32,410 bases of DNA from Trypethelium eluteriae. Taxonomy: Eukaryota. The DNA lies in the NCBI GenBank assembly GCA_051942245.1, contig JAVECL010000261.1, positions 1 through 32,410 of the forward strand. Reading direction: 5' to 3'. Positions 9,728-20,428 of the stretch are shown here, one piece after another. Position numbers and translations under genes: made by a program. Within the stretch, counting starts at the first letter, position 1; each line of letters starts with the position of its first letter. The notes under the pieces are model-generated. The model was given only the letters and a program-made list of their open reading frames with translations. It did not search any database and was not told where the DNA came from.

Positions 9728-9845
9728 ATCACGTGATTTGCACCACGTGCAGGCGGTGATAATGATCGGCCTTGACAGCATTAAGTGACCTTCACATTCT
9801 CATGTGCACATTTCTCATGGGATGTCGATTTAACTCCGACACGTG
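9728..9845. promoter_or_regulatory. Cluster of three CACGTG E-boxes upstream of the SR gene
   Basis: ATCACGTGAT palindrome at 9728-9737, CACGTG at 9744-9749 and CACGTG at 9840-9845, 175-290 bp upstream of ATG 9554. Confidence 0.5.
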
Positions 9846-9982
9846 CATGTTTCGAACGAGTTGCCTGTAGGAGCTATTGTATTCATTACAATATCGTCCC
9901 TATCTACACTCATATGTGCTATTACTCACAATCATGCCATGCAGATTACCTAGCATGTAGACAAACAAAACTCCTCTCGAGA

Positions 9983-12858
9983 CTATGCAAGTTTCGTAGT
10001 GTACTCCGCCGTCAATGAAATTCCTTTGCTCTCCTCCTTATTCTGCGTGGTCAATGACGTATTAGTAGACGTCGAGTTACCACCGCCCGAACCCAAGAGC
10101 GTGATCTTGGCAATCGAAACGCCCGGATCATAGCCAAAGGAGCCTGTCATCTTGAAGACGCCGCCCTCATAGGAAAATTCGATGTTGGACGTCTGCGGCT
10201 GATCGATGGAATTGCCCTCGTCGAGGTAGAGCGTGCCCGAGGCGCTGCCGTCTAGACCGGGCGCGACCACAATCTCAAAGTCCTGTTTGCGAAGCTCGGC
10301 TGTGGTATTGGCCGAGCTGATGCGTTGTGGGATGATGGTGCCTCCACGGTAGAAGATCGGAATACCATCGAAGCCGACGTAGCCTTCAGTGACGTAGGAC
10401 CCGTTGCCGCGCACAGGTTCGCGCGTCCACCAGTCGTAGTAAATGTCGTCGGGAAGGTAGTATGTCACGCTCGTGCTGTTGTCGTCCGTGACCGGGGCAA
10501 TGAGAAGAGCGTTACCAAAGAAAAATTGTAGTTGGAGAGGGAATGTATTTGTGTCATTCGGGTAGATAAAGAACATGGGATTCAGGAGTGGAGTGCCGTC
10601 TTGAGTTTGCTGGTAAAGAGCCGTGTAGATATAGTCAAGGAGCAAGTAACGAGTGTTGATGGCAACGCGGGAGGCATTGTTCGTCATCGGCAGATACGAG
10701 CGATAGAACTCGTGAGCTAGATGCTCGTTGTCTTGGTGGTCACGGTAGAAGGGAGAAAATGCGCCCAACATGGACCAACGAGCACAGAGTTGATCGCTAG
10801 TGTCATACGCTGTGTAACCGCAGACATCAGATCCGACCATGGGAACCTGGAACAAAGCTGCAAACTCGAGCTGCTCAGCGATAGATATTCTGTAGCCGTC
10901 CCAGGTTGCTGGATTGTCGCCGAGCCAGTGACCAACGTGAGCACCAGCACCAGCAAATGTGCTTCGAGTGATTACCAGAGGCCGATCAGCAGGACGACGG
11001 TTTAGCATGGCGTTGCGACTAACAACCGACATCATTGTGCCGTATAGATTGTGCGTGTCATATTCCGCAAGACCATTCGCGTGGATAAGGTCCGTATTGA
11101 GTGTCAAGTTGCTTATGCTACCGGCAGCATCACTAATCTGGTAGGGTGGGTTGATGAAATCGCGTCCCGGCAGACCAAGCATGTCACCGCTAGCTTGACG
11201 CTTTGAGATGGTACCATTCGGCTGGAAGTTTGCTGGGAAGCCCGGAGCTGGGTATGGAGGAGACGCACGTACTGGCGGCGGTTGCGGTGGATCACCGTTA
11301 GAATTGGCATATCCTTGGGGATCAGAGCAAGGATAATGGCAGAAGTTTGACGCCTCGTTCATGTCAATCCAGAGCGCATCTATATCAACGCCGTTCGTTG
11401 CATCAAAGAAGGATGCGAATTCTCCATTCCAGTAATCCTGCGTACCAGGTGCAAACCAATCCTACGAATATTAGCTTTAGCACGTCACTTCCCAGAATGA
11501 GAGCTTACCGGGAATGCAGTCGGTCCAGGCCAGACAACGCCTTCGTAAATCGAGCCATTGGAGAACTTGAGGAAGGCATTCGCCGAAGCACCGTTATTGA
11601 AAGCCGTGTAGTTATAATACGCTACGGCCGGGTCCACCATAACAATATAATGCTGTTGGCGTGAGTGAATAGTTGAGACCAATTCTTGCATCAAGTTCAG
11701 AGGGAAGCGATCTGGATCGAGGGTGAAAACTTTGCGGTAGTCCATGTAGTCAATGTCGGTCCACATGGTCTCTAGTGGAATATTGGCTGCACTGTAGTTT
11801 GAGACAACTTCCGAGACTTCCCAGACGTCCTGCATCCCATATCGGCATTGGTGGAAGCCAAATCCCCAGTACGGCATCATCACAGGTAGCCCAACCACTT
11901 GAGCGTATTGCTGAGAGACCTGAGTAGGAGAAGGACCGGCCATGAAATATAGGTCAACAATTCCACCAAGGGTGTTGTATTCAAGGTATTGCCCCGTCTG
12001 GGCGGTGTTGTTGATTTTGATATCCATGCCATTGGAATTGAGTAGGAACACTCCATGGGTGCCGCTTGCTCCACGGTGGTCAAAGTACACCGGATGGTTA
12101 CCGTACAGGTTCGTTCCTGTAGGGATGGTGTAGGCATCTCGACTCCATAGAGTACGGGTGTAATTGGTGGTGTTGAGCTGGAAGGGATCCGTATGCTCTC
12201 CTAAACCATACAAGTGCGGCGAATCCGGTAGCTGTGTCCTCAGGCGCAAGTACTGAGATTCAAATACAAGTGCGGAGCCCGACGTGTTAAAGAGTACGTC
12301 TCCAGAAGATTTGCGCGTAACTGCAAATGAGAAAGGGTTGGCGGTATAAGTAAAGGAAAGTTCTGAACTATTGGCATCGACATTGCTGCTGTTCGGACGC
12401 GGCAGTACGCTGTCAGGGACCTGATAGACTTGTTCGGCCTGGTCATAGATCTGCACATGGAGTCGCTGCGCTGCACTGATAGTAAGCAAGCATTCAATCG
12501 TGGCGAACGATAATAAAATGAGATGGGCTTGATCCGCGGTTGGGATGGCAATGCAGGGCAAGCCAGGCCCTCCAGGGTAATGGCAAGGGAAACGAAAACT
12601 TCCCAACGTCAACTTACCAGTTTGGTAGTCCACACTCAAGGTCAAGTTTTGTATGTCGGTTCCATAAGTATTACAGGCCGGTCCAGCAAGATTCAAATCA
12701 GCGGTAAACGAAGAACCCGACTGCACAACATTGGAGGCCGTATAGCCAGGGCAGCTCTCGATACTTGAAGAGGTGGTATTGCTTTGTCGTCGCGCAATTG
12801 CTGTACAAGAAGAGAATGAAGCTGAAGCTATGAGTGAAAGGACTGTTGAGGTCAACAT
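9983..12858 (-). CDS. Secreted glycoside hydrolase family 31 alpha-glucosidase (AgdB-like), about 893 aa. Exons 12858-12618, 12470-11509, 11461-9983
   Basis: Signal peptide, [43 protein letters not shown], nucleophile motif WIDMNE (restored by the 47-nt intron GTAAGC..GCTAAT..TAG), acid/base HWLGDN and GSDVCG. Intron 1 (147 nt, GTAAGT..CAG) is in frame and stop-free. Confidence 0.92.
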
Positions 12859-12880
12859 CTTGAGAACGGCAAGATAGAGA

Positions 12881-13334
12881 CTCCACAGCTAGTCTGGGGA
12901 GGAAGAGGGTGCAGCTTAACCATGCTTAATGACTGGGGTTGCAGCCGATTTATAGCAAGGGATCTGGAGAAATTTTCGCTGTCACTCTGCTGATGCGGTG
13001 TTTTTTCAGGATCCACTTCTACAAACGTCCTTCATGCGCGTCGGGAGCTTGGAAGAGGAGACAATCACGGTACTCCCCGTAGTGAGCAATACCGGGTAGA
13101 GGGTAAGAGGTGACATCGTGTTCGCGTGGGTCTCTAATGATCAGTTGACCTTGAGCGGCAGCGGTGATCCTGTTCCAGGCAGCTTCTAGTGTGTAACTCT
13201 GCAGCGGTCGGGTTGTTATTGGCTAGGTGGAGGATGTGACGGAGAGTTCCTGAGGGGAATGCGAAGCTCGAGTGGCCGTCCCCAGTGTGGAGAAGCATGG
13301 GTGATAATGCGGGGATAATACGGGATCACTGGGG
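12881..13334 (-). promoter_or_regulatory. GH31 promoter: TATA box, AmyR-type CGG-N8-CGG site and multiple CreA-type SYGGRG sites
   Basis: TATAAA on the minus strand at 12949-12954. CGGggataataCGG at 13310-13323. SYGGRG matches at 12881, 12894, 12933, 12964, 13227, 13287, 13309 and 13329. Confidence 0.65.
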
Positions 13335-14087
13335 CGGGACCTCACCTCTGCAAGGGGTGACTCGGCCTTTACCCAGCAACAGCCAACGATATTTGCTGCA
13401 TCGCTCGGTGCATTTGTCGGCACCCACTTGCTTTAGCAGTCTATTGGTTTCCACGCCAGCGAATCTGTTCCCTCAAATCCATCTATCCGTCTCATCTTGT
13501 GCTCCCTGGCTCTTCTGTCCGCTGACGTCAAACGATGCACCGGTTAAACGTAATCCTTCTGCGCGTAGAAGAATAGAGGACCTGAGACGGCCTTGAGCCT
13601 ATCACGAAGCTAGGTTGCCCGCATGGCGTCGAACATGTGAAATGTCTCTCGAGCTTGACCTTCTGAGGCTCTAGGCAAGCTTACCTATCTAGACTCAGCA
13701 GTCGCAGCTGCGCCTTGTGTATGGGACGGAAACAAGTCAAGCGTCTAGGAATGAACATTCCGCTCATCTCCATAAGAGCTCGGGTATCTCTGGATCGTAC
13801 CTTCTGTCTGCAGGCGCCTGAGGCACTAGCAAGTACTCGTTCTTGCTAAACTGGGGAGCGCAGCACACGACCGGTACAGTAGTCGGAACAGGAACCCCTA
13901 ACGAGGTTTGGGGCGCGGTCTCATTACAAACATTGGAACCTAGACTTTGGAAATGCATGCCTCCTGCGTTGGTTTAACGACGCATAAACATACACAATAT
14001 GCCGTGTGGACTCCGTAAAGAGAAACCTTCCAGTCATTTCCATGCACATCCATCCTCGAACCAGCCATTCCAGCACCTCGTTGGCTC

Positions 14088-15031
14088 CTAAGTCTTTGTC
14101 TCTGGCTCATCTTCCGTCAACGCCTGCCTCTTCGCTGTCGCGCGTTCCTGTTTCCGTTCGCGGGCAGCCTTGTTCTTCAGACGCTTGGCGTCCATCTCCT
14201 CCTTGATGACTCTCTCACGCTGCTTCTCGGCCTTGGCCTTGTGAATCTGTTGCAGGGAAAGCCGTCAGTCACTTTGCCAGGTTTGAAGATAAGGGGACAA
14301 TTTGGAATCACGTGACTAGACTGTTGCCCATGTGGACTACTTGGAGAAATTTACGTACGTGTTCGACGAGCGCACGCTTGTGCTTGAATGTATTACCCTT
14401 GCTGAGATGGTAGAGATTGTGGTAGAGGTGCTTGTCAATCTTTCCACTTGCACGGTACTTGACAAGGAGCCGGCGAAGGACGCGGAGTCGTCTCATCCAC
14501 ATTACCTCACTATGAACCCATCAATCAGTCGTCTGCTCTCCAGAGGCTCAAGGTGATGGCTCGACTGATATTGCGCTGAATATATTTTGGAGGCCTTCAG
14601 GATCGTACCTTGGCATGCGAGCATCCTTCGTACCCTTCCTCTTACCAAAACCTCGGTGTCGCCCAATCCTTCGAGCAGCAGTCAAGGCACGAGCACGCGA
14701 GCGTGAATGCATCGCAACGGGTTTGCGGATGATGAGGCCATCAGAAACGAGCTTGCGGATGGTTTGACGAGAGTTGGCGTTGGAGATTTCGTTGACTTCG
14801 TTCGGATCAAGCCAGATCTTGCGCTTGCCGCAGCCAACCACCGAGGCAGCAAGACGCTTCTGGGTTCGCAGATTGACCCTAATTGGAGATGAAGATTAGC
14901 CTCATGATCCCATAGTCAAATGGTGACGTTGTCTCAGCGCTCAGCGGTGAGCAAAGACCGAAGCCATCTGCCAGAGCCCATGCACAATGTCTCGAGACTT
15001 CTGAAGGGGAAAGAGCTTGTTCAGCGTACAT
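14088..15031 (-). CDS. RPL19: 60S ribosomal protein L19 (eL19), 193 aa. Exons 15031-15030 (AT), 14878-14609, 14509-14359, 14246-14088
   Basis: The spliced product reads [51 protein letters not shown]...[76 protein letters not shown]... Donors are GTACGC, GTACGA and GTACGT, and phases are consistent. Confidence 0.95.
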
Positions 15032-15523
15032 CTTGGATGCGTCCCGCGAGTATGTTGATGGTCAAGAAGTGGATGATTCGAAGCAATGATGAGTCCAAGA
15101 GGGGGTGGTGTGCGATTTCCGAGCGTGCGCTAAATTGGGCCACTTTAGCGAGCCAATCACATGCTACTGTTGCAAGCACAACACGGCTTTGGTTCAAAGT
15201 GTATGATATTATTACCTTAGGCATACAACTGTAGCTGTCATAAGGACATTATTTAGGTCACCTCGGTGGCTTCTTATCAGCGCATGAGTCTGTAGGTAAA
15301 ATTTTGGCGTCAGCAATTATGTACCACTAAATCATGATGTTGGTGATGGGCTTTTCCCAAGTCTAATTTCAGAGTGCGGGTCGGTCCTAAAAGTTTTACA
15401 TCAGTTGTAAATCTATTCCTCAATATTTCCAAAGGTCATCTTTCCACATGGTTTGATTAATTTATTCTATGCAGGTCTCGTCTCATCTAAGGCGTCTCCT
15501 CGAATAGAAATCTTTCCCCTCCA

Positions 15524-18500
15524 CTAACCATAATTGAACGGATTTCGACATAGCGGACAAGTACTCGCGTTGCTCGATTTGAACCACTTGAACAAGCAGC
15601 TCGAATGGAACAAATTTTTACACGTACCACACCTTTTCGTCGGTAGCTGTTTATCTGCGCTGATGATGGAGTAGCAAATTGCACACTCCGTCTGTCCCCT
15701 CAGCGCTCCAACTACATTCTTCCGCCAAGCACTCAATCCGTCAGGAATTGAGCCATTCGAGAATGTAATCACGCCCCGACAATTAGTCAACCAGCTCAGC
15801 CACTTCTTTTCTTCAACTGCCACACGACTGATCCCCTCGACGCGGGCTTGCTGGAGAGGATACGCGCCAGGAAGCGAGATTGCCATCATCATGGTCTGCT
15901 CGTCAACGACGTAAGCTGCGGATATCTCTCTGGTTCGGTGGTTGACTTTGATGGTGAGTTGTTCATCCGAAGAGGCATCCTGCGTGTTGGCCCATTCACT
16001 GGCGCTATCAAGGGCGTCCATGATAATGAGGGGGGAGAAGTACTTCTCCGTCCAGGATTCGATCGAGATCACCTTTTGCCGTGACCTGCATTCAATCCAC
16101 CATGCCTTCACAAGCGATGGTATGTACTTCATCAAGAGGTAATACAAATGCACTAAGAGCCACTGGACGTCCTTTTCCGGTAGTGATTCTAGGTTCGGGT
16201 CGTATTTAACAATGTCGAATTTCGAAGCATCAATTGCTCTCCCTCTGCTATGCCCAAGAACTCCAGAGATCAAGTCAAGTAAGCCAGTGATATAGCCGCC
16301 TTCCTTAATATTCTCACTGTAATCGGCCTTGACTTTGTAGGAGGAATTCTTGAAATGATCAAATACAAGCAGCCAGCTGAGGAGGTATGCGCGTAAATCC
16401 CGTGGTACCTCCGGCTCCACATGAATTTCTTCTAGATCGCTCGTAGATGGTGTTTCCAGGATTAGAGATAACAACTCATCAGGGAGTTGAGCATTCTTCT
16501 TATCTAGCGCCGCGTCAAATGAAATCTGTTCTTGTTTGGCAGGTATCTGTACATCCAGAATTGCGAAAGCTGTCTTCTGTATAGACTCGGACTGGGCTTG
16601 AATAAGTGGAAACAGCTCATGGAGTCCTTCATAGTTCCCCAGAGGAGTTTTGGAGATTTGTCTGGCCAACAGATCGTCCACAATCCTTTGTGGCTGGTGA
16701 GAATCATCAACTCCAGTCTCGAGGCTCTTTAACACCGAGATGAGTGTTCCAGCAGCCGCGGTTTGTGTATCTTTCCAAGCGTCCAAGAGATCATCGTTCA
16801 CATCTTGATCTTCACTCAGTGACCTAAGGGTTCCGAATAGTCTCAAAGATGCATGGAGCAGGGGAATTCGGCCTCTTCCTTCCCGTATGCACCTTTTCCA
16901 TACTCCAAGTATGGCGTGTAGTATGTCGGGCCAGTGAGAACCGTACATATCCTTCATGTATCCAATAGTCCCTACCAGGGCCCGCAAAGTTTCCGCTTGA
17001 ATTGAGAGCCGCATATTAGGGTCTGTGGCCCATTGTGTGATATGCTGGACGAAAAAGACAACTCTCTGTTTTGTGACTCGATCTTTGGGAGCGTCTTCAT
17101 TCTGCAAAATCGTGTTCGCAAGCACGAGCTGGCGTAGGACCTCCTGGGGTTCCTCCTCCGCTTTAAGGCCAGTAAGGTTTGCGATTAGGCCATTGAGCAT
17201 GGTCAATGATTCCTCGTTACGGGAGAGAAAACTTTGCATTGCAACGGAAAAGGAGGCAAGGCGTAATTCGTCTATCGCACACGTCAGTATCGATGGCCAG
17301 CATACTAAGACTGGAGACAACTTGCCTTTACTTTTGCGTAGCGTCCTCAGCACTGCTTCCGGCTTTTGGTCGTCCACACTTGGTGGTTGTCCGTGCATTT
17401 CCACCAACTCTCTCACAAGAGTAGCATAGGCTAAGGCACTATAATATGCTGATGGCGATGTTCCCGTAGCTGACTCGAATAGAGTCTTCACTGTTCTGGC
17501 CACTACCAAAGAGTCTGGGTGAGTTGTAGACGATAGCCACCATTCCCTTGATGCTTCGAGCGATCGATGGACTACGCCTTGAATCCCGGAAAGGACTTCT
17601 GAAACCTCGGCTTCAACAGCAGGAGCAAATAAACCCCGTACGTTTCCTAATGTAATATCTTCATTTGTAAACTGGACTGCAAACTCCAAGAACCGGAAGA
17701 TTTCTATTCGGTGATCTAAGTCCAGAAGCTCGAAAAGATTCGTCTTGGCGATTAGCTGACTGGTATAAATCGCCAGACGTAAAAATTTAGAAAAGCCACT
17801 GGCATCCCACTCTTGTCGATTTTTAGCGGGTTCAGTCGCATCAGTCAAGTAGACAGCGCCGCCCAGTGGACTCGTGATCGATAATTCATGCTTGGGACCA
17901 CTGATTAATAATAAATCAATAGACTCTCTCGTTGCCGAGGCGGTTGGTAGAAGTCTTGCTGCGATTGAGGCTTGATCCTCTCTGGTCTCGTTCCATAATC
18001 TCTGTGCAAGATCTACAAGACTATCAATTGAGACTGAATCTGGCGATGCCTCACCAAGGCCTTTTGATATTATGTTAAAGACGATCGAGTGTGAGCCTGG
18101 TCCACCAGTCGTCATTAGAGAAGCACTTAGATTCGAGCCTTCGATGGCCAGCTCCTCATCGGCAGATTCAGACAATAGCAGTAAATTCGAAGCTAAGCGA
18201 GATCCTGTGCTAGTCTTCACGAACTCGCGAAGTATTTTGTCATTGGAGCGCTGAACGACTTCCAACCCCTTAAGGGCGAGCGGCGCCTGCTCAGAGATCG
18301 ATAGAGACTCGGTAAGGTCAGAAAGAACCTTGTCCATACTGCTCGATGATATTATATCACTCCTGCGCCTGAGAAGCTGTTGCATCAAAGTGTCGTCGTC
18401 TTCCAACAGTCCGTTCTCGACACTGCCAGTAAATCTCCGGACTATGAAGTCCTGTAACTCTAAGTCTTGTGCAATTGCTTCGTGTGAAATCTGTGGTGAA

Positions 18501-20428
18501 CAGAGCATAATCTCCAGCACCTCATCGAGCCTCTTTCTATGGACCTCATCTTGCGCTGGAACTTCTTGTGACAAACCTTTCAAAGTCTTGGAGCAAGCTT
18601 CTTGGAAGCCTGTAATAGAATTGCAGAGGAGAAGAAGGCGAGTGGCATTCGTACTCGATGGGGATGCAGAAGTAATCAGACCAGGCGTATCATGCAACAG
18701 AAAAGAAGACAGATTTTCGTGGAGAGCTTTTTCACGCTCGGGCAAAAGAGGGTTATCTCTAAGGATTGATTCGATGACACTCGCAGCAGCGTACGGTTTG
18801 CCGTTTCGCGACTTGAGGAGAGACATGGCCTCTTCAATGACCTTGTAGGCTTCGTGCGAGAACACTTCGGCGTCAAAGCTCTCCGAAATTGCAGCAGCAA
18901 GTACTGAAGCCCAGCGTTCACCCTGGGCAGCTAGGGAGTCTTGAGAAGACTCAAAGGTCCTTGACTGCTCTGGTGAGGAAGCTTTCATATCAGCGACGAG
19001 CGAGGACGAGATGTCTGGCCAAGCATCTCGGAGCACCTCTCCGAGCAATCGGACCGCTTTCAGGAGCAGCGTTGTAGACCGGGATGCATTCGACAAATTC
19101 CACTGGGCCTCTGAAGGGGTCGGCTTTATGTGTTGTCTCACAATCGGCAACACCAGCTCACTAAGAAGTCTTGCTCGGTCTTCGGCCACTAGTCTAGAGC
19201 AAAGATACTCTGCAGAGCTCATATAGGCTGTCCAAGCTGCTTCACGATTAGATGCTGGTTCGCCTTTAGACGCTACTCCATTATGCAAAGCTCTGAGAAC
19301 CTGCATAGTCCCTTCGAGGTCCTGCGGAATGATCGGTGCTTCTTGGAGCAACTGAGCTTGGAGATACCAAACGTGAGTGGTCCCCGCCTGGGAGCCCCGC
19401 GATAGAAAATGCTGCAGTCGATCGAAAGCTGGCTTCTTTGAATGATAATGATCCTTCCAGACAGTCGGATAGCTCTTCGTTAGAACGGTGAGAGATTCCA
19501 GAAAGTCTGCCGCTGATCCCAATTGATCTGTGCCGAGACCCTTGTACACAATACAACTGCTAATCATCTCAAGGTCTTTCGATAAGTTATCAGGGACCTT
19601 TTCCAAGCAAACTCTCAATAAACGATAAACCGATCGCCTGATAGAGGGGTCTTTGTGATAAGAGAATTTCCAGAAATCTTTGCTATCCAAGAGCTCATGG
19701 TAGACACCTTGATGCTTTGCGATTTCCGGAGCTTCCATATCGGCCAAAAGACTGCTCATTAGCATTATGGTCGAGGAAACTACTCTCACGTATTTTGCCT
19801 CCGCATCATCTGGGCTCACACTGCGTTCATCGCTCAATGTCTGGGATGTCTCATGAAGAATTGCATCCTGACAGTACCGCACAATCGATTCATGGTATAT
19901 TTTTCGGAGGCCATGGAGTTTCTCTTGGGCGGGGAATACTAGCTTCAGAGAATCTTGAGCCCCTCGTGCGGTTGCTCTGTCGCTGTCATAGAGACCAGCA
20001 AGCCAGGATCCAACAAGAGTAGGCAAATAGAGAGCGATCCTCTTCCCACAAGCGGCGCTTAGACGTCCCTGTAGGGTATGTGATAGTTGGCGAACTCTGC
20101 GATCGCTGTCAATCGAGAGGCGAGGATAGCACTTGACCCAAGCCTGTAGTATGGCGTCTTCGACCTCCCCATGCTGACGTTGGATAGAATGAAGGTACTG
20201 CAGGAGCTCTTCTAGAGCCTTCGTCTTGGTAGTGCCATCTTTCTTAGTTAAGTTCTTGAAAGTAACTACGATATTTGCGTCCGATATGAGGGTAAGATCG
20301 GGGGGTTCCGCAGCATAAGAGAGTCTTGACGATGAGCTCAGTCCTGACCCAAAGCCAAATCCTGACCCGAGACCGGCGCCTCCAGCTTTACCACTGCTTG
20401 CGTGGACTTTGGATTGTTTCTTACTCAT
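15524..20428 (-). CDS. LTN1: Listerin E3 ubiquitin ligase of ribosome-associated quality control, about 1616 aa after removing a probable 54-nt in-frame intron (17325-17272)
   Basis: N-terminal FKNLTKKDGTTKTKALEEL and YPRLSIDSDRRVR, long helical body, RWD-like region (LPGAYPL), and C-terminal RING ECAICYSII...CGTCKNLFHSSCLFKWFKSSNASTCPLCRNPF. Confidence 0.94.
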   Translation of the reverse strand: MSKKQSKVHASSGKAGGAGLGSGFGFGSGLSSSSRLSYAAEPPDLTLISDANIVVTFKNLTKKDGTTKTKALEELLQYLHSIQRQHGEVEDAILQAWVKCYPRLSIDSDRRVRQLSHTLQGRLSAACGKRIALYLPTLVGSWLAGLYDSDRATARGAQDSLKLVFPAQEKLHGLRKIYHESIVRYCQDAILHETSQTLSDERSVSPDDAEAKYVRVVSSTIMLMSSLLADMEAPEIAKHQGVYHELLDSKDFWKFSYHKDPSIRRSVYRLLRVCLEKVPDNLSKDLEMISSCIVYKGLGTDQLGSAADFLESLTVLTKSYPTVWKDHYHSKKPAFDRLQHFLSRGSQAGTTHVWYLQAQLLQEAPIIPQDLEGTMQVLRALHNGVASKGEPASNREAAWTAYMSSAEYLCSRLVAEDRARLLSELVLPIVRQHIKPTPSEAQWNLSNASRSTTLLLKAVRLLGEVLRDAWPDISSSLVADMKASSPEQSRTFESSQDSLAAQGERWASVLAAAISESFDAEVFSHEAYKVIEEAMSLLKSRNGKPYAAASVIESILRDNPLLPEREKALHENLSSFLLHDTPGLITSASPSSTNATRLLLLCNSITGFQEACSKTLKGLSQEVPAQDEVHRKRLDEVLEIMLCSPQISHEAIAQDLELQDFIVRRFTGSVENGLLEDDDTLMQQLLRRRSDIISSSSMDKVLSDLTESLSISEQAPLALKGLEVVQRSNDKILREFVKTSTGSRLASNLLLLSESADEELAIEGSNLSASLMTTGGPGSHSIVFNIISKGLGEASPDSVSIDSLVDLAQRLWNETREDQASIAARLLPTASATRESIDLLLISGPKHELSITSPLGGAVYLTDATEPAKNRQEWDASGFSKFLRLAIYTSQLIAKTNLFELLDLDHRIEIFRFLEFAVQFTNEDITLGNVRGLFAPAVEAEVSEVLSGIQGVVHRSLEASREWWLSSTTHPDSLVVARTVKTLFESATGTSPSAYYSALAYATLVRELVEMHGQPPSVDDQKPEAVLRTLRKSKGKLSPVLVCWPSILTCAIDELRLASFSVAMQSFLSRNEESLTMLNGLIANLTGLKAEEEPQEVLRQLVLANTILQNEDAPKDRVTKQRVVFFVQHITQWATDPNMRLSIQAETLRALVGTIGYMKDMYGSHWPDILHAILGVWKRCIREGRGRIPLLHASLRLFGTLRSLSEDQDVNDDLLDAWKDTQTAAAGTLISVLKSLETGVDDSHQPQRIVDDLLARQISKTPLGNYEGLHELFPLIQAQSESIQKTAFAILDVQIPAKQEQISFDAALDKKNAQLPDELLSLILETPSTSDLEEIHVEPEVPRDLRAYLLSWLLVFDHFKNSSYKVKADYSENIKEGGYITGLLDLISGVLGHSRGRAIDASKFDIVKYDPNLESLPEKDVQWLLVHLYYLLMKYIPSLVKAWWIECRSRQKVISIESWTEKYFSPLIIMDALDSASEWANTQDASSDEQLTIKVNHRTREISAAYVVDEQTMMMAISLPGAYPLQQARVEGISRVAVEEKKWLSWLTNCRGVITFSNGSIPDGLSAWRKNVVGALRGQTECAICYSIISADKQLPTKRCGTCKNLFHSSCLFKWFKSSNASTCPLCRNPFNYG
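17272..17325 (-). other. Probable in-frame GC-AG intron in LTN1 (54 nt)
   Basis: AAAG|GCAAGT ... ACTGAC (branch) gtgtgcgaTAG|AC. Removing it deletes an out-of-character hydrophobic 18-aa stretch. The competing same-phase GTAAAG 6 nt upstream is a poor donor match. Confidence 0.7.

Noticed and set aside
12471..12617. Possible stwintron (nested intron) in GH31 intron 1
   Set aside because: I found no internal branch/acceptor whose removal would rebuild a donor.
14247..15029. Possible intronic snoRNAs in RPL19 introns
   Set aside because: No RTGATGA/CTGA pair with a terminal stem and no clear H/ACA layout.
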